Part shown: positions 28,036 to 37,800 of the stretch, piece by piece
Numbering within the stretch: the first letter of the stretch is position 1
How the letters are laid out: each line of letters begins with the position of its first letter
Assembly: GCA_965116495.1 (NCBI GenBank)
Contig: OZ220696.1
Coordinates: 96,001 to 160,000 of the forward strand
Direction of reading: 5' to 3'
Source: Gammaproteobacteria bacterium
GTDB taxonomy: Bacteria; Pseudomonadota; Gammaproteobacteria; Eutrophobiales; Eutrophobiaceae
Length of the DNA: 64,000 bases
Made by a program: the position numbers and the translations under genes
Notes under the pieces: generated by a model
Seen by the model: the letters and a program-made list of their open reading frames with translations, nothing else
Database searches by the model: none
Told to the model about the DNA's origin: nothing

Positions 28036-28789
28036 CCGAATTCAAAAAGTCCTGGCGTCCATTGGTGTGGGTTCGCGCCGTCATATTGACGGCTTGATCA
28101 AGGCCGGGCGCGTGCGCGTTAACGGAAACGTCGCAAAACCGGGAGACAAGATCAGGACGACAGACCGGGTTGTAATCGACCGGCGCAGGATCCGGTTAAA
28201 TCCTCTGTCAGCGGACAGTGCAGGGGACAGGCCCAGGGTGCTGGCCTATTACAAACCCGAAGGAGAAATTTGTACGGTAAAAGACCCTGAGGGCCGGAGG
28301 ACGGTTTTTGCAAACCTGCCGAAGCTGCATCGGGGACGCTGGATCAGTATCGGACGCCTGGACATCAACAGTTGCGGCCTGTTGCTGTTCACCGACAATG
28401 GCGCGCTGGCGAATAACCTGATGCACCCGCGTAACCAGGTGGAACGCGAGTATGCCGTGCGCGTATCGGGCCGGGCTCGCCAGGAACAGCTTAATGCCCT
28501 GCTGAAAGGCGTCCGGCTTGAGGATGGCATAGCCCGCTTTGCCAGTATCACGGACGGTGGAGGCAAGGGCAGGAACCACTGGTATCACGTGATTATCATG
28601 GAGGGGCGAAACCGGGAAGTTCGGCGTCTGTGGGAGTCACAGGGTCTGCTGACGAACCGACTCATACGGATAAGATACGGATCTTACAGCCTGCCCCGTA
28701 TCAAGCGCCCCAGCCAGTCCTGGGAACTGAAACAGCAAGAGATTGATGCGTTACTGCAGGATGCAGGACACAACAACGGATATCAGTAA
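28028..28789 (+). CDS. rluB: 23S rRNA pseudouridine synthase, RluB family
   Basis: S4 domain RIQKVLA, GRLDINSCGLLLFT, EGRNREVRR; GTG start overlaps the scpB stop. Confidence 0.9.
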   Translation: MADRIQKVLASIGVGSRRHIDGLIKAGRVRVNGNVAKPGDKIRTTDRVVIDRRRIRLNPLSADSAGDRPRVLAYYKPEGEICTVKDPEGRRTVFANLPKLHRGRWISIGRLDINSCGLLLFTDNGALANNLMHPRNQVEREYAVRVSGRARQEQLNALLKGVRLEDGIARFASITDGGGKGRNHWYHVIIMEGRNREVRRLWESQGLLTNRLIRIRYGSYSLPRIKRPSQSWELKQQEIDALLQDAGHNNGYQ

Positions 28790-28906
28790 TACTCCCCGGC
28801 CCTGTGCGGGTCGTCCATATCCTGCCAGCTATATGATCTTTGACTTTTCAGGGATTTCCTTTAACCTTGACATCCCTTTATGTATTGAATCGGTAAACCA
28901 TCCATT

Positions 28907-29662
28907 ATGACCAGCAGACAACCCCTGGTAGCGGCCAACTGGAAGATGAACGGCAGCCGTGCATCCGTCACCGCGCTGTTGCACGGGTTCCGGCAGGGCC
29001 TGCCTGTGGACGGTGTGGAAGCCCTGGTATGTGCGCCTCATATCCATATTCCACTGGCGGCAGAGAAACTGGCCGGGAGCACAATCGGGCTGGGGGCGCA
29101 GACGGTCTCGGAATATGCAAACGGCGCCTACACGGGTGAGATATCGGCGCATATGCTGCAGGATTACGGTTGCCGATATGTTATCATCGGCCACTCGGAG
29201 CGGCGCCATATCTTCGCCGAAACCAACGAGACGGTGGCGAACAAGTTCCGTTTTGCCCGGGAGAGCGGGCTGAAGGTCATACTGTGCCTGGGAGAACGGC
29301 TGCAGGAAAGAGAGGCGGACATGACCGAACAGGTCTTGTCGGAACAGTTGGACGCGGTGATCGACAAGGCGGGAATAGATGCCTTTGACGGCGCCGTGAT
29401 CGCTTATGAGCCGGTATGGGCCATAGGGACGGGGCGGACTGCAACGCCGGAACTGGCCCAGGCGGCCCACAGCTTCATCCGCTTGCAGGTGGCCAGGCAC
29501 AATGACCGGATTGCGGACGAATTACGTATCCTGTACGGAGGCAGCGTGAAAGCGGACAACGCCGCAGGGTTGTTTTCCATGGCGGACGTGGATGGTGGGC
29601 TGATTGGCGGCGCATCATTGAAAGTTGATGATTTCCTGGCAATTTGCCGGGCAGCGAGGTAA
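28907..29662 (+). CDS. tpiA: Triosephosphate isomerase
   Basis: AANWKMNG, GHSERR, AYEPVWAIGTG, YGGSVK, GGASL. Confidence 0.97.
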   Translation: MTSRQPLVAANWKMNGSRASVTALLHGFRQGLPVDGVEALVCAPHIHIPLAAEKLAGSTIGLGAQTVSEYANGAYTGEISAHMLQDYGCRYVIIGHSERRHIFAETNETVANKFRFARESGLKVILCLGERLQEREADMTEQVLSEQLDAVIDKAGIDAFDGAVIAYEPVWAIGTGRTATPELAQAAHSFIRLQVARHNDRIADELRILYGGSVKADNAAGLFSMADVDGGLIGGASLKVDDFLAICRAAR

Positions 29663-29664
29663 AA

Positions 29665-30036
29665 ATGGGAACGTTACAAGCTCTATTACTGGTAGTTCAG
29701 GTGATCTGCGCTATCGCTTTGATCGGGTTCATCCTGATACAACACGGCAAGGGCGCGGATGCCGGCGCGGCCTTCGGCAGCGGCGCATCGACCACGGTAT
29801 TCGGTGCCTCGGGTTCCGGCAACTTCCTGACCAAAACAACGACGGCCCTGGCTTTTGTATTCCTGGTCAATAGCTTGGTGTTGGCCTGGATGGCCAAGGA
29901 GCGCAGCATGGAGGCGAGGGAATTGAACATAATTGAGCCGATGGTGCTTGAGCAGCCGGTTGAAGAAGCTCAGATCGATCCTGCCAATATACCTGTGGAA
30001 GTGCCTGAATCGGATATTTCGTCAATTCCCGAATAA
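29665..30036 (+). CDS. secG: Preprotein translocase subunit SecG
   Basis: LIQHGKGADAGAAFGSGAS.TVFG..GSGNFL. Confidence 0.94.
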   Translation: MGTLQALLLVVQVICAIALIGFILIQHGKGADAGAAFGSGASTTVFGASGSGNFLTKTTTALAFVFLVNSLVLAWMAKERSMEARELNIIEPMVLEQPVEEAQIDPANIPVEVPESDISSIPE

Positions 30037-30055
30037 CAAAAAAACTCCCTACCGT

Positions 30056-30138
30056 GCCGATGTGGTGGAATTGGTAGACACGCTGTCTTGAGGGGGCAGT
30101 GCCCAAAAGGCGTGCCGGTTCGAATCCGGCCATCGGCA
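30056..30138 (+). tRNA. tRNA-Leu (GAG); CCA not encoded
   Basis: GCCGATG/CATCGGC acceptor stem, D-loop TGGTAGAC, anticodon arm CTGTC-TTGAGGG-GGCAG, long variable arm, GGTTCGAATCC; usual position after secG. Confidence 0.95.
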
Positions 30139-30158
30139 TTCAAATTTTGTTGTCCTTA

Positions 30159-30425
30159 TCAGCTTACTTTTGCCTTGAGCGGAAACCTGTCGGGGTTTTT
30201 AATAATCTCTTTGGTCAAATCCACGTCAATCGCCGGCCAGTAATAATGATCTGGAGATAATTCTTCTACATTCAGCACTGCGTCAATGGATTGTTTTTTG
30301 AACCAGGGGAAGTCTTCATAGGACATAAAAAACTCCTCATTATGCGCGAACAGCCATATTCCATGTGAGGAAACATGCGTAACCTCAACCGCTGAAGTGT
30401 CGCTCCCAAGCGCTGATGATCTCAT
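30159..30425 (-). CDS. DUF2442-family protein (putative antitoxin)
   Basis: EVTHVSSHGIWL, YEDFPWF, YWPAIDVDL. Confidence 0.8.
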   Translation of the reverse strand: MRSSALGSDTSAVEVTHVSSHGIWLFAHNEEFFMSYEDFPWFKKQSIDAVLNVEELSPDHYYWPAIDVDLTKEIIKNPDRFPLKAKVS

Positions 30426-30624
30426 GGTAATGTTCCTCAATTAAGTTTTCGATATTTTTCAGATGTTTTCTCGAATAATGATAATTTTTCGCAAGTTCAA
30501 TTTCCGGTTCCAGCCAAAATTTGGCTTCACCTTCCGCTGACAGGACATGTACGTGCTTGCGCGCCTCTTCTCTTGAAAAAAAGAAAAACCGGTATCCATG
30601 CGCTCTGAAAATTGTGGGACTCAT
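30385..30624 (-). CDS. DUF4160-family protein (putative toxin)
   Basis: MSPTIFR..GYRFFFFSREE.R.HVHV...GEAKFWLEP...W..HF. Confidence 0.85.
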   Translation of the reverse strand: MSPTIFRAHGYRFFFFSREEARKHVHVLSAEGEAKFWLEPEIELAKNYHYSRKHLKNIENLIEEHYHEIISAWERHFSG

Positions 30625-30847
30625 GCTTCAATCTGCTGACTGACACCCGGTTTATGCTTCAATGTTGTTCCTTAAAGAACACTTGGTTCTGGTTTACAAG
30701 ACAAGCGTATCATTGTTAAGGATATATGTCATAGGTGGGCTGTTCAGGTCAAAATGCAACTGACAAAATTAATCAGGATATATTGATCGATGGATTCAGC
30801 GGCAACATCGTTTGGCCCATAACCCTGTGGCACCGCCTGACACGCCT

Positions 30848-32272
30848 TCAGACAGGCACATTAACAACCGGGCAACCGGACAATGTGCCGGGAATGACAA
30901 TTTCCATCCAGCGATGATAGGTATCCATACTACGGCCGGCAATTTGCTTCGGCCAGTGAATTTCCGCATCAAAAGGGAACACCTGCGCAGTAGGCAAGAC
31001 CAGGAAGTCGAATTGGGCAAACGCTTGTCGTAAGGCGCCATACCAAAGTCCCCTGGCTCTCGAGGCTGCTGCAACCTGGTCACCTGAAATAGTCTCTCCA
31101 GCTTCGATTTCCCAGATTAATTCCGGTTTCAACTGCGCACGTGTCTGCGGGTTTTGATATAAAGGCAATGCCCTGGCACGCACCAGCCAATGGCGAAAAG
31201 TCAGCCAGGTTTGCCACAATAGTTCCATGGAATAATCCAGTGTTACCTGTTCAACAATACAGCCATTGTCACGAAAGCCCTGCAATGCTGTTTCACAAAG
31301 GGAAAGTATGCCGTCTTCCATTGGCAGGTAGCCATTGAAATCACCTAGCCAACCTATTCTTACATCCCTGAAATCCTTCGCCAGAGGCCGGCTGAACTGT
31401 GCCGGCTCACACTTCAGTGATGTTGGAGACCCGGGGTGATAACCGGCCATGGTCGATAACAACATGGCGGTGTCCCGTACATTTCTGCCCATGGGGCCGT
31501 TACAGGGTAATTCTTCAATAAACGAGTCGCTCAAGGGCACCAGGCCCGGCGTCGGCCGATAGCCGATGACATTATTAAAGGCAGCGGGATTACGTAATGA
31601 GCCCATCAAATCACTGCCGTCCGCGACCGGCAACATCTGTAAAGCCAATGCGGCTGCGGCGCCACCACTGCTGCCGCCGGCCGAACTGCGCCCATCATAA
31701 GCATTGACAGTGGTGCCGAAAACGGGATTGTATGTGTGCGAACCGAGGCCGAATTCCGGCACGTTGGTTTTACCGATGATGATGGCGCCGGCGTCTTTAA
31801 TGCGTGCTACATGGATTGAATCCTCAACGGCAATATTGTCCCTGAATATCGGTGAACCCCGGGTGGTTTTCAGTCCTTCGGCATCCGCGAGATCCTTTAT
31901 TGCTACCGGAAATCCATGCATCCAGCCCCTGTTGGTTCCCTGTGCCAGTTCCTGGTCGTATCGGGTCGCCTGCAGCATCAAAGAATCAGGGTCCTGCAGA
32001 GACACGATAGCGTTAAAGACAGGATTGATGTTCTCGATATGAGCCAGGTAGGCTGACATCACTTCTTTACAGGAAAGCGCCCTTGTGCCGATTGCCTGGG
32101 AGAGTTCCAGCGCAGTCAAACTCACGATACCGGTAGTATCGGCAGGACCTGCGCGAAGCAGAGGACCGGGTAAACTTGTTAATACGGCGGCAGATGCAAG
32201 ACCTGAAGCTGCCCGCTGGACAAAGTCACGCCGGGATAACCCGGGTCGATTACACATACTTTTGTTATTCAC
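30848..32272 (-). CDS. Amidase-signature family protein with Tat signal, apparently C-terminally truncated
   Basis: SRRDFV Tat motif; AIKD, GKTNVPEFG, GGSSGG, GSDLMGSLRNPA; ends abruptly at CPVVNVPV. Confidence 0.82.
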   Translation of the reverse strand: MNNKSMCNRPGLSRRDFVQRAASGLASAAVLTSLPGPLLRAGPADTTGIVSLTALELSQAIGTRALSCKEVMSAYLAHIENINPVFNAIVSLQDPDSLMLQATRYDQELAQGTNRGWMHGFPVAIKDLADAEGLKTTRGSPIFRDNIAVEDSIHVARIKDAGAIIIGKTNVPEFGLGSHTYNPVFGTTVNAYDGRSSAGGSSGGAAAALALQMLPVADGSDLMGSLRNPAAFNNVIGYRPTPGLVPLSDSFIEELPCNGPMGRNVRDTAMLLSTMAGYHPGSPTSLKCEPAQFSRPLAKDFRDVRIGWLGDFNGYLPMEDGILSLCETALQGFRDNGCIVEQVTLDYSMELLWQTWLTFRHWLVRARALPLYQNPQTRAQLKPELIWEIEAGETISGDQVAAASRARGLWYGALRQAFAQFDFLVLPTAQVFPFDAEIHWPKQIAGRSMDTYHRWMEIVIPGTLSGCPVVNVPV

Positions 32273-32344
32273 GATCTTGCACCCATGGTGTCAGGTGATC
32301 CAGCGCTGAAGCAGTCGGGTAGATCGGTTTTCCGGCGTACTCAT

Positions 32345-32367
32345 GGGGACGGATTTGAATCCGTGCC
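32345..32367. repeat. Degenerate family-B palindrome
   Basis: GGGGACGGATT-TG-AATCCGTGCC. Confidence 0.5.
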
Positions 32368-32395
32368 TGATGGTCCCCGTCATCGATAGTACGGT

Positions 32396-33004
32396 TCAGC
32401 GCCGGTAATTCTTCAGCAACACGTAAATGGCCCCGGTGCCGCCGTCAACCTGTCGTGCCGAGCAGTAAGCCAGCACTTCCTGCCGCTGTTGCAGCCATTT
32501 GCCGATCAGGCTCTTGATGGTCGGCCTGCCTTGTTTTGAGCGCAGGCCCTTGCCGTGGATGATCCGCACGCAGCGTTGGTTACGGTTTATACATAGTTTG
32601 AGAAAGTCGGAGAGGTTGTCTTTGGCATCCTGTACCCTGTACCCATGCAGGTCCAGTTCCGCGGCGATGGCGAATTGCCCCCGGCGCAGTTTCCTGAACA
32701 CCTTGTCCTGGATACCCGGCCTTTTGTACAGGAGCTCATCTCCGGTTTCCGCCGCCTCGGTATCAAAAAAGCCGTCCGCCATCTCCTTGACGACTGCCTG
32801 CTCATCCGCCAGTCTCTGCACCGCTTCAGGCGCGGGTTTGTCAGGTTGTTGCTCTACCTTGTCGTACCTGACCGGCGTGACGTCGCCAACCGCGCGCCGG
32901 AACAGCTCAAGCTCACTGTGTTCAGGTTTAGGATGTCTCATCCGCCGGGGAAGTTGTACGAAGTCCGTTGCAATCAATTGATCGGAAACTATCAGCCGAT
33001 GCAT
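32396..33004 (-). CDS. Smr/MutS2 domain protein (SmrA-like)
   Basis: LDLHG, IIHGKG.RS, GGTGA.YVLL; true start may be 32941. Confidence 0.9.
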   Translation of the reverse strand: MHRLIVSDQLIATDFVQLPRRMRHPKPEHSELELFRRAVGDVTPVRYDKVEQQPDKPAPEAVQRLADEQAVVKEMADGFFDTEAAETGDELLYKRPGIQDKVFRKLRRGQFAIAAELDLHGYRVQDAKDNLSDFLKLCINRNQRCVRIIHGKGLRSKQGRPTIKSLIGKWLQQRQEVLAYCSARQVDGGTGAIYVLLKNYRR

Positions 33005-33072
33005 TAGCTTACCACAATTCCTTCATCCGGTTCGGACTTGCACCGGCACGGCACCGGGAAGAGCCTGAACGG

Positions 33073-33678
33073 TTATGGATGCCTTATTGCAAAATTTCTT
33101 TTCCGGTCCGGCTTCAGCCTGGGCGAGCGCAGGGCGAGTAACACAAACAGGATGAGGCCGTATATGAGCGGGGGCAGGATATCCGCCTTGACCAGCCACA
33201 GGTAGTGGAGGATGACCAGGATGGCAATGGGATAGATTAATTTATGGAGTCTGCGCCAGTTGTTTCCCAGGCGCTGTACCATCTTGTTCGTGGACGTGGC
33301 CGCCAGTGGGATCAGCAACACGAAAGCAGTGAAACCGACGGTAATATAAGGTCGCTTCGCCACGTCGCGGACAATTTCGTCCCAGTCGAAAAACTGGTCC
33401 AGCACCAGGTAGGTGGAGAAGTGCAGGCAGGCGTAAAAAAACGCAAACAGGCCCAGCATCCGGCGGAAGCGGACCAGTGAATTCTTGCGGGTTATGTTCC
33501 GCAACGGGGTGATGGACAGGGTGATGAGCAGGAACTTCAGTGCCCAGCCACCGGTAAAATGCGTGATCTCCTTGATCGGGTTGGCAGTCAGGTTGCCGGT
33601 AAAGCCGTCGTAGACCAGTACGCAGAACGGAAGCGAACAGAGCAGGAACAGTGCGGGCTTGTGCCAGCGTAGGTTCAT
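33073..33678 (-). CDS. msrQ: Methionine sulfoxide reductase heme-binding membrane subunit
   Basis: HFTG.WAL, RRMLGLFAFFY..LH, KRPYITVG, W.RLHKLIY. Confidence 0.94.
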   Translation of the reverse strand: MNLRWHKPALFLLCSLPFCVLVYDGFTGNLTANPIKEITHFTGGWALKFLLITLSITPLRNITRKNSLVRFRRMLGLFAFFYACLHFSTYLVLDQFFDWDEIVRDVAKRPYITVGFTAFVLLIPLAATSTNKMVQRLGNNWRRLHKLIYPIAILVILHYLWLVKADILPPLIYGLILFVLLALRSPRLKPDRKRNFAIRHP

Positions 33679-33813
33679 AGCCCGGATTCCTTACCAAGCG
33701 AGGGCGCATCAAGCGATGTTTGATTCGCTGACATCGTTGCAATGTTAACGTAACTCATTGGCAGCAAACAAGTATCCAATAGCAACAAGCGACCTGGTGG
33801 GGAATCCGGGCTA
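33678..33813. mobile_element. MITE/REP-like element with TAGCCCGGATTCC terminal inverted repeats (family E)
   Basis: TAGCCCGGATTCC (33678-33690) / GGAATCCGGGCTA (33801-33813), perfect 13 bp; fills the whole msrP-msrQ gap. Confidence 0.72.
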
Positions 33814-34758
33814 GTAATTTTTCCGCAAGTCCATACCGTTGTAGAGCGCCGCCACCTGCTCGCCGTAACCGTTGAACATCAGGGTGTCGCTCTTGAAAAA
33901 ATCACCGATACGGCGTTCCTTGCGCTGGCTCCAGCGCGGGTGATCCACTTCCGGATTGACGTTGGAATAAAACCCGTATTCCTGCGGGGCCGACATATTC
34001 CAGGAAGTGTCCGGCCGCTTGCTGGTAAACTCGATCCTGACAATGGATTTAACACTCTTGAAGCCGTATTTCCAGGGCACGATCAGGCGTATGGGTGCAC
34101 CGTTCTGGTTCGGCAGCACCTCACCGTACAGACCTACGGTCAGCAGGGTCAGCGGATGCATGGCTTCGTCAATGCGCAACCCCTCGCGGTAGGGCCAGTC
34201 CAGTACCTTGCGCCTGAGACCGGGCATCTCTTCCGGACGCATGACAGTGGTAAAGGCCACGTATTTCGCCTTTGATGTAGGCTCAAACCGTTTCAGCACG
34301 TCTGCCAGCGGGATGCCCACCCAGGGGATCACCATGGACCAGGCTTCGACGCAGCGTAAACGGTAGATGCGCTCCTCCAACTGGTGCGGCCGGATGATGT
34401 CTTCATAGGGATACGTGCCAGGTTTCATGCACTCGCCGTCTATGACAACCGACCAGGGTTGCGGCTTGAATTTGCCGGAGTTTTCGGACGGGTCGCTTTT
34501 ATGGGTGCCGAATTCATAAAAGTTGTTGTAGCTGGTGACCGCGTCATAAGGCGTCAATTCCTCATCCGTTGACAACTCGGTGTTCCTGACTGTGGATAAT
34601 TTTGTGCCCGCCAGTGCGCCGGTTACGGATACGGTATTGAGCAGGGCGCCGGCAACGCCGAATTTCGCACTGTTGCTGATAAATTTACGCCTGTTCAGGT
34701 ACAGATGCCTGTCCGTGATCTCGGAAGGTTTGATCGGGTCCGGTATCTTTATCAGCAT
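33811..34758 (-). CDS. msrP: Methionine sulfoxide reductase catalytic molybdo-subunit
   Basis: PSEIT..YLNRRKF Tat motif, [30 protein letters not shown]. Confidence 0.95.
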   Translation of the reverse strand: MLIKIPDPIKPSEITDRHLYLNRRKFISNSAKFGVAGALLNTVSVTGALAGTKLSTVRNTELSTDEELTPYDAVTSYNNFYEFGTHKSDPSENSGKFKPQPWSVVIDGECMKPGTYPYEDIIRPHQLEERIYRLRCVEAWSMVIPWVGIPLADVLKRFEPTSKAKYVAFTTVMRPEEMPGLRRKVLDWPYREGLRIDEAMHPLTLLTVGLYGEVLPNQNGAPIRLIVPWKYGFKSVKSIVRIEFTSKRPDTSWNMSAPQEYGFYSNVNPEVDHPRWSQRKERRIGDFFKSDTLMFNGYGEQVAALYNGMDLRKNY

Positions 34759-34827
34759 GGTAGTCGCCTCGTAATCAGTCAGTGTTTCCACTAATGGACT
34801 GTAAATCGTGTCAAAAGTTCTGGTCAA

Positions 34828-34854
34828 CGGGGACAGATTTGAAATCTGTCCCCG
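34828..34854. repeat. Perfect palindrome CGGGGACAGATTT-G-AAATCTGTCCCCG (family B)
   Basis: 13-bp arms immediately downstream of the purL stop. Confidence 0.82.
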
Positions 34855-34863
34855 GTCGCAGGG

Positions 34864-37800
34864 TTAATCCAGCCATCTTCTTGCATTATAGAACATCTGC
34901 ATCCACGGGCTATCGGTACCAGGCTGGTCCGTAGCAATCCAGGATAATTGTTGTGTCAGGAACACCCTTTCCGGGTGCGGCATCAGTATGGTAAAACGCC
35001 CGTCTGTACTGGTGAATCCAGTCAGGCCCCGGCTTGAGCCGTTGGGATTGGCCGGGTAGGTTTCCGTCACCTCTCCCCGGTTATCGACGTATCTCATGAC
35101 TGTCCCGGGCATGACTGTGGAAGCGTTTTGCCGGTCCCCGTTAAACACCGCCCGTCCTTCCCCGTGGGCAACCACGATGGGCATTTTTGATCCGGCCATG
35201 CCCTGGAAAAACAGGGAAGGGGAGTCGATGATCTCGACCATGACCACCCGGGATTCGAACTGCTCGGACCGGTTGCGCTCAAAGTCCGGCCAGTGGCCGG
35301 CGCCGGGTATGATACTGCGCAGGCGGGACAGCATCTGGCAGCCGTTACAGACGCCCAGGCCGAAGCTGCCGGTGCGCTTGAAGAAACGCTCGAATTCGTC
35401 CCTGAGGCGGTCGTTGTAGAGTATGGATTTTGCCCAGCCGCCGCCGGCGCCGAGGACGTCGCCGTAGGAAAAACCGCCGCAGGCCACCAGGCCGGTCAGC
35501 TTGTCCAGCGACGCAGACCGGGTTATCAGGTCATTCATATTGATATCGATGCAGTCAAATCCAGCACGATCAAACGCTGCGGCCATCTCGACGTGGCCGT
35601 TGACGCCCTGTTCCCGCAAAATACCCACGCAGGGCCTGGCAGTATTTATTCCCGTCACTATGTCGGGCTTGCCGGTACTGTTCGCGTTCGCCTTTCCGGG
35701 CTTGACCCGGAATCCAGTAGATAAGCCATCCATATTAGAGGAAGGTCGCTTTACTGGCTTCCCGCTTGCGCGGGAATGGTAAGGTGGACGTGTGGTCGGA
35801 GTGGAACTGACCTGATAAGTGGGCATGATTGACAAGCCTGGATCGGTGTCGTCCTGCAGACAGGCAAACTCCTCTTCAGCGCAGGCAGGATTATCCCGTA
35901 ATGCCTGTATATGGTACGAAGTCAGCGACCAGAGCCGGTGCAGTTGATTTATCCCGGCTGTGTAGACCACCTTGTCCCGGTGCCTGATGCGTATTTCGTT
36001 TTCCCCGTTCGGACTGGCGACTACCGACAGGCAGGCCTCGGGAAGGCCGGATTGTAGCAGTGTCTCCCGCGCCGTCTGTACGTGTTCCTTATGGACCTGC
36101 AGCACGATGCCGGGTTCTTCGTTGAACAGGAATGCCTGCAGGCCGGCGCTGCCGGTATGGATGTCCAGGCCGCAACGGCCGGCAAACGCCATTTCGCACA
36201 GGGTCGCGAACAAGCCCCCGTCCGAGCGATCATGGTACGCCAGGATATAGCCGGTTTCGTTCAGCAACTGGACCCCGTTGAAACAAGCTGTTAACAGGGC
36301 CGGGTCGTCCAGGTCGGGCGTGGCCAGGCCGGTCTGCCGGGTCACCTGCGCCAGGGCCGACCCCCCCAGGCGGTTCTTGCCCATGCCCAGGTCTATCAGC
36401 AACAGGGCGGTGTCATCCAATCTCCGGAGCCGGGGCGTCAGGGTCTTGCGGGTATCCGCAACGGGGGCATACGCGGTGACGTTCAGGGACACCGGCGCCG
36501 TCACCTGTTTGTTGCGGCCGTTTTGTGACCACGCCATGCTCATCGACATTGAATCCTTGCCTACCGGGATGGCTATGTGTAACTGCTGTGCCAGCGTCGA
36601 TACGGCCTCCACGGTGGCGTACAGGGCTGACTGCTGTGCCGGTTCGGCGCCGGCCGCCATCCAGTTTGCGGACAGGGCCACGTCCTCGAGGCGCAGGATG
36701 CGGCTGGAACAGATGTTGGTCAGGGCCTCCGCCACGGCCAGCCGTCCGGACGCCGGCGCATTACTGACTGCGACGGGCGGGCGTTCTCCCAGGGCCATGG
36801 CCTCGCCGGTAACGGCGCCGAACGAGGACGCACTGACTGCACAGTCCGCAACCGGGGTCTGCCACGGTCCCACCATCTGGTCACGCACCACCAGGCCGGA
36901 TACACTGCGGTCGCCGATGGTTATCAGGAAGCGTTTGTCGGATACGGCCGGTAGTTGCAGTACGCCGGAGATGGCCTCGGCCAGTGGAATGTCATGCAGC
37001 CTGCCGTTTCCCTGCGCGCCCGGGTATGCCTTTACCCGGAAGGACAGTCCCGGCGTTTTACCGAGTATCGTATCCAGGGGTACGTCGACGGGGTTTGCGC
37101 TGGACTGGTTATCGGTGACGACCAGCCGTCCGCTGTTATTCGTCTCGCCGATGATTGCATACGGGGCACGTTCCCGGTCGCACAGGGCGCCGAACAGCCC
37201 CACATTCTTTGCGGCGATGGCCAGGACGTATCTCTCCTGGGATTCATTGCACCATAATTCCATGGGTGACATACCCTGGTCTGCGCTATGGACTGCGCGC
37301 AGGTCAAACACGGCGCCCGTGTCGCGCTGGTGAACCAGTTCCGGCAGTGCATTGGACAGGCCGCCTGCGCCCACGTCATGGATCGACAGGATCGGGTTCG
37401 CCTCGCCCAGCGCCCAGCATTGATCAATGACTTCCTGGCAACGGCGCTGCATTTCCGCGTTATCTCTTTGCACGGACGCAAAGTCCAGTTCCTGCTTGCC
37501 GGCGCCGGCGGCCACGGAGGAAGCGGCGCCGCCGCCGAGGCCGATCAGCATGGCCGGGCCGCCCAGGGCGACGATCTTGCTACCCGCCGGCAGTGTATTT
37601 TTGTCGACATGGCCGGGGCGGATGACACCGTAGCCTCCGGCCAACATGATGGGTTTGTGGTAACCCCAGGCGGCGCCGGATGGGTTGCCGGCCTGTTCGA
37701 ACGTGCGGAAATAGCCGGCCAGGGCAGGGCGCCCGAATTCATTATTGTACGCCGCAGCGCCGATGGGTCCTTCCAGCATGATATCCAGGGGAGAGGCAAT

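Noticed and set aside
30848-30850. TGA read-through or selenocysteine in the amidase
   Set aside because: The in-frame sequence after the TGA does not resemble an amidase C-terminus and the position is not catalytic
30139-34000. Intact tRNA-anchored island or prophage
   Set aside because: No integrase, and I found no second copy of the tRNA 3' end downstream
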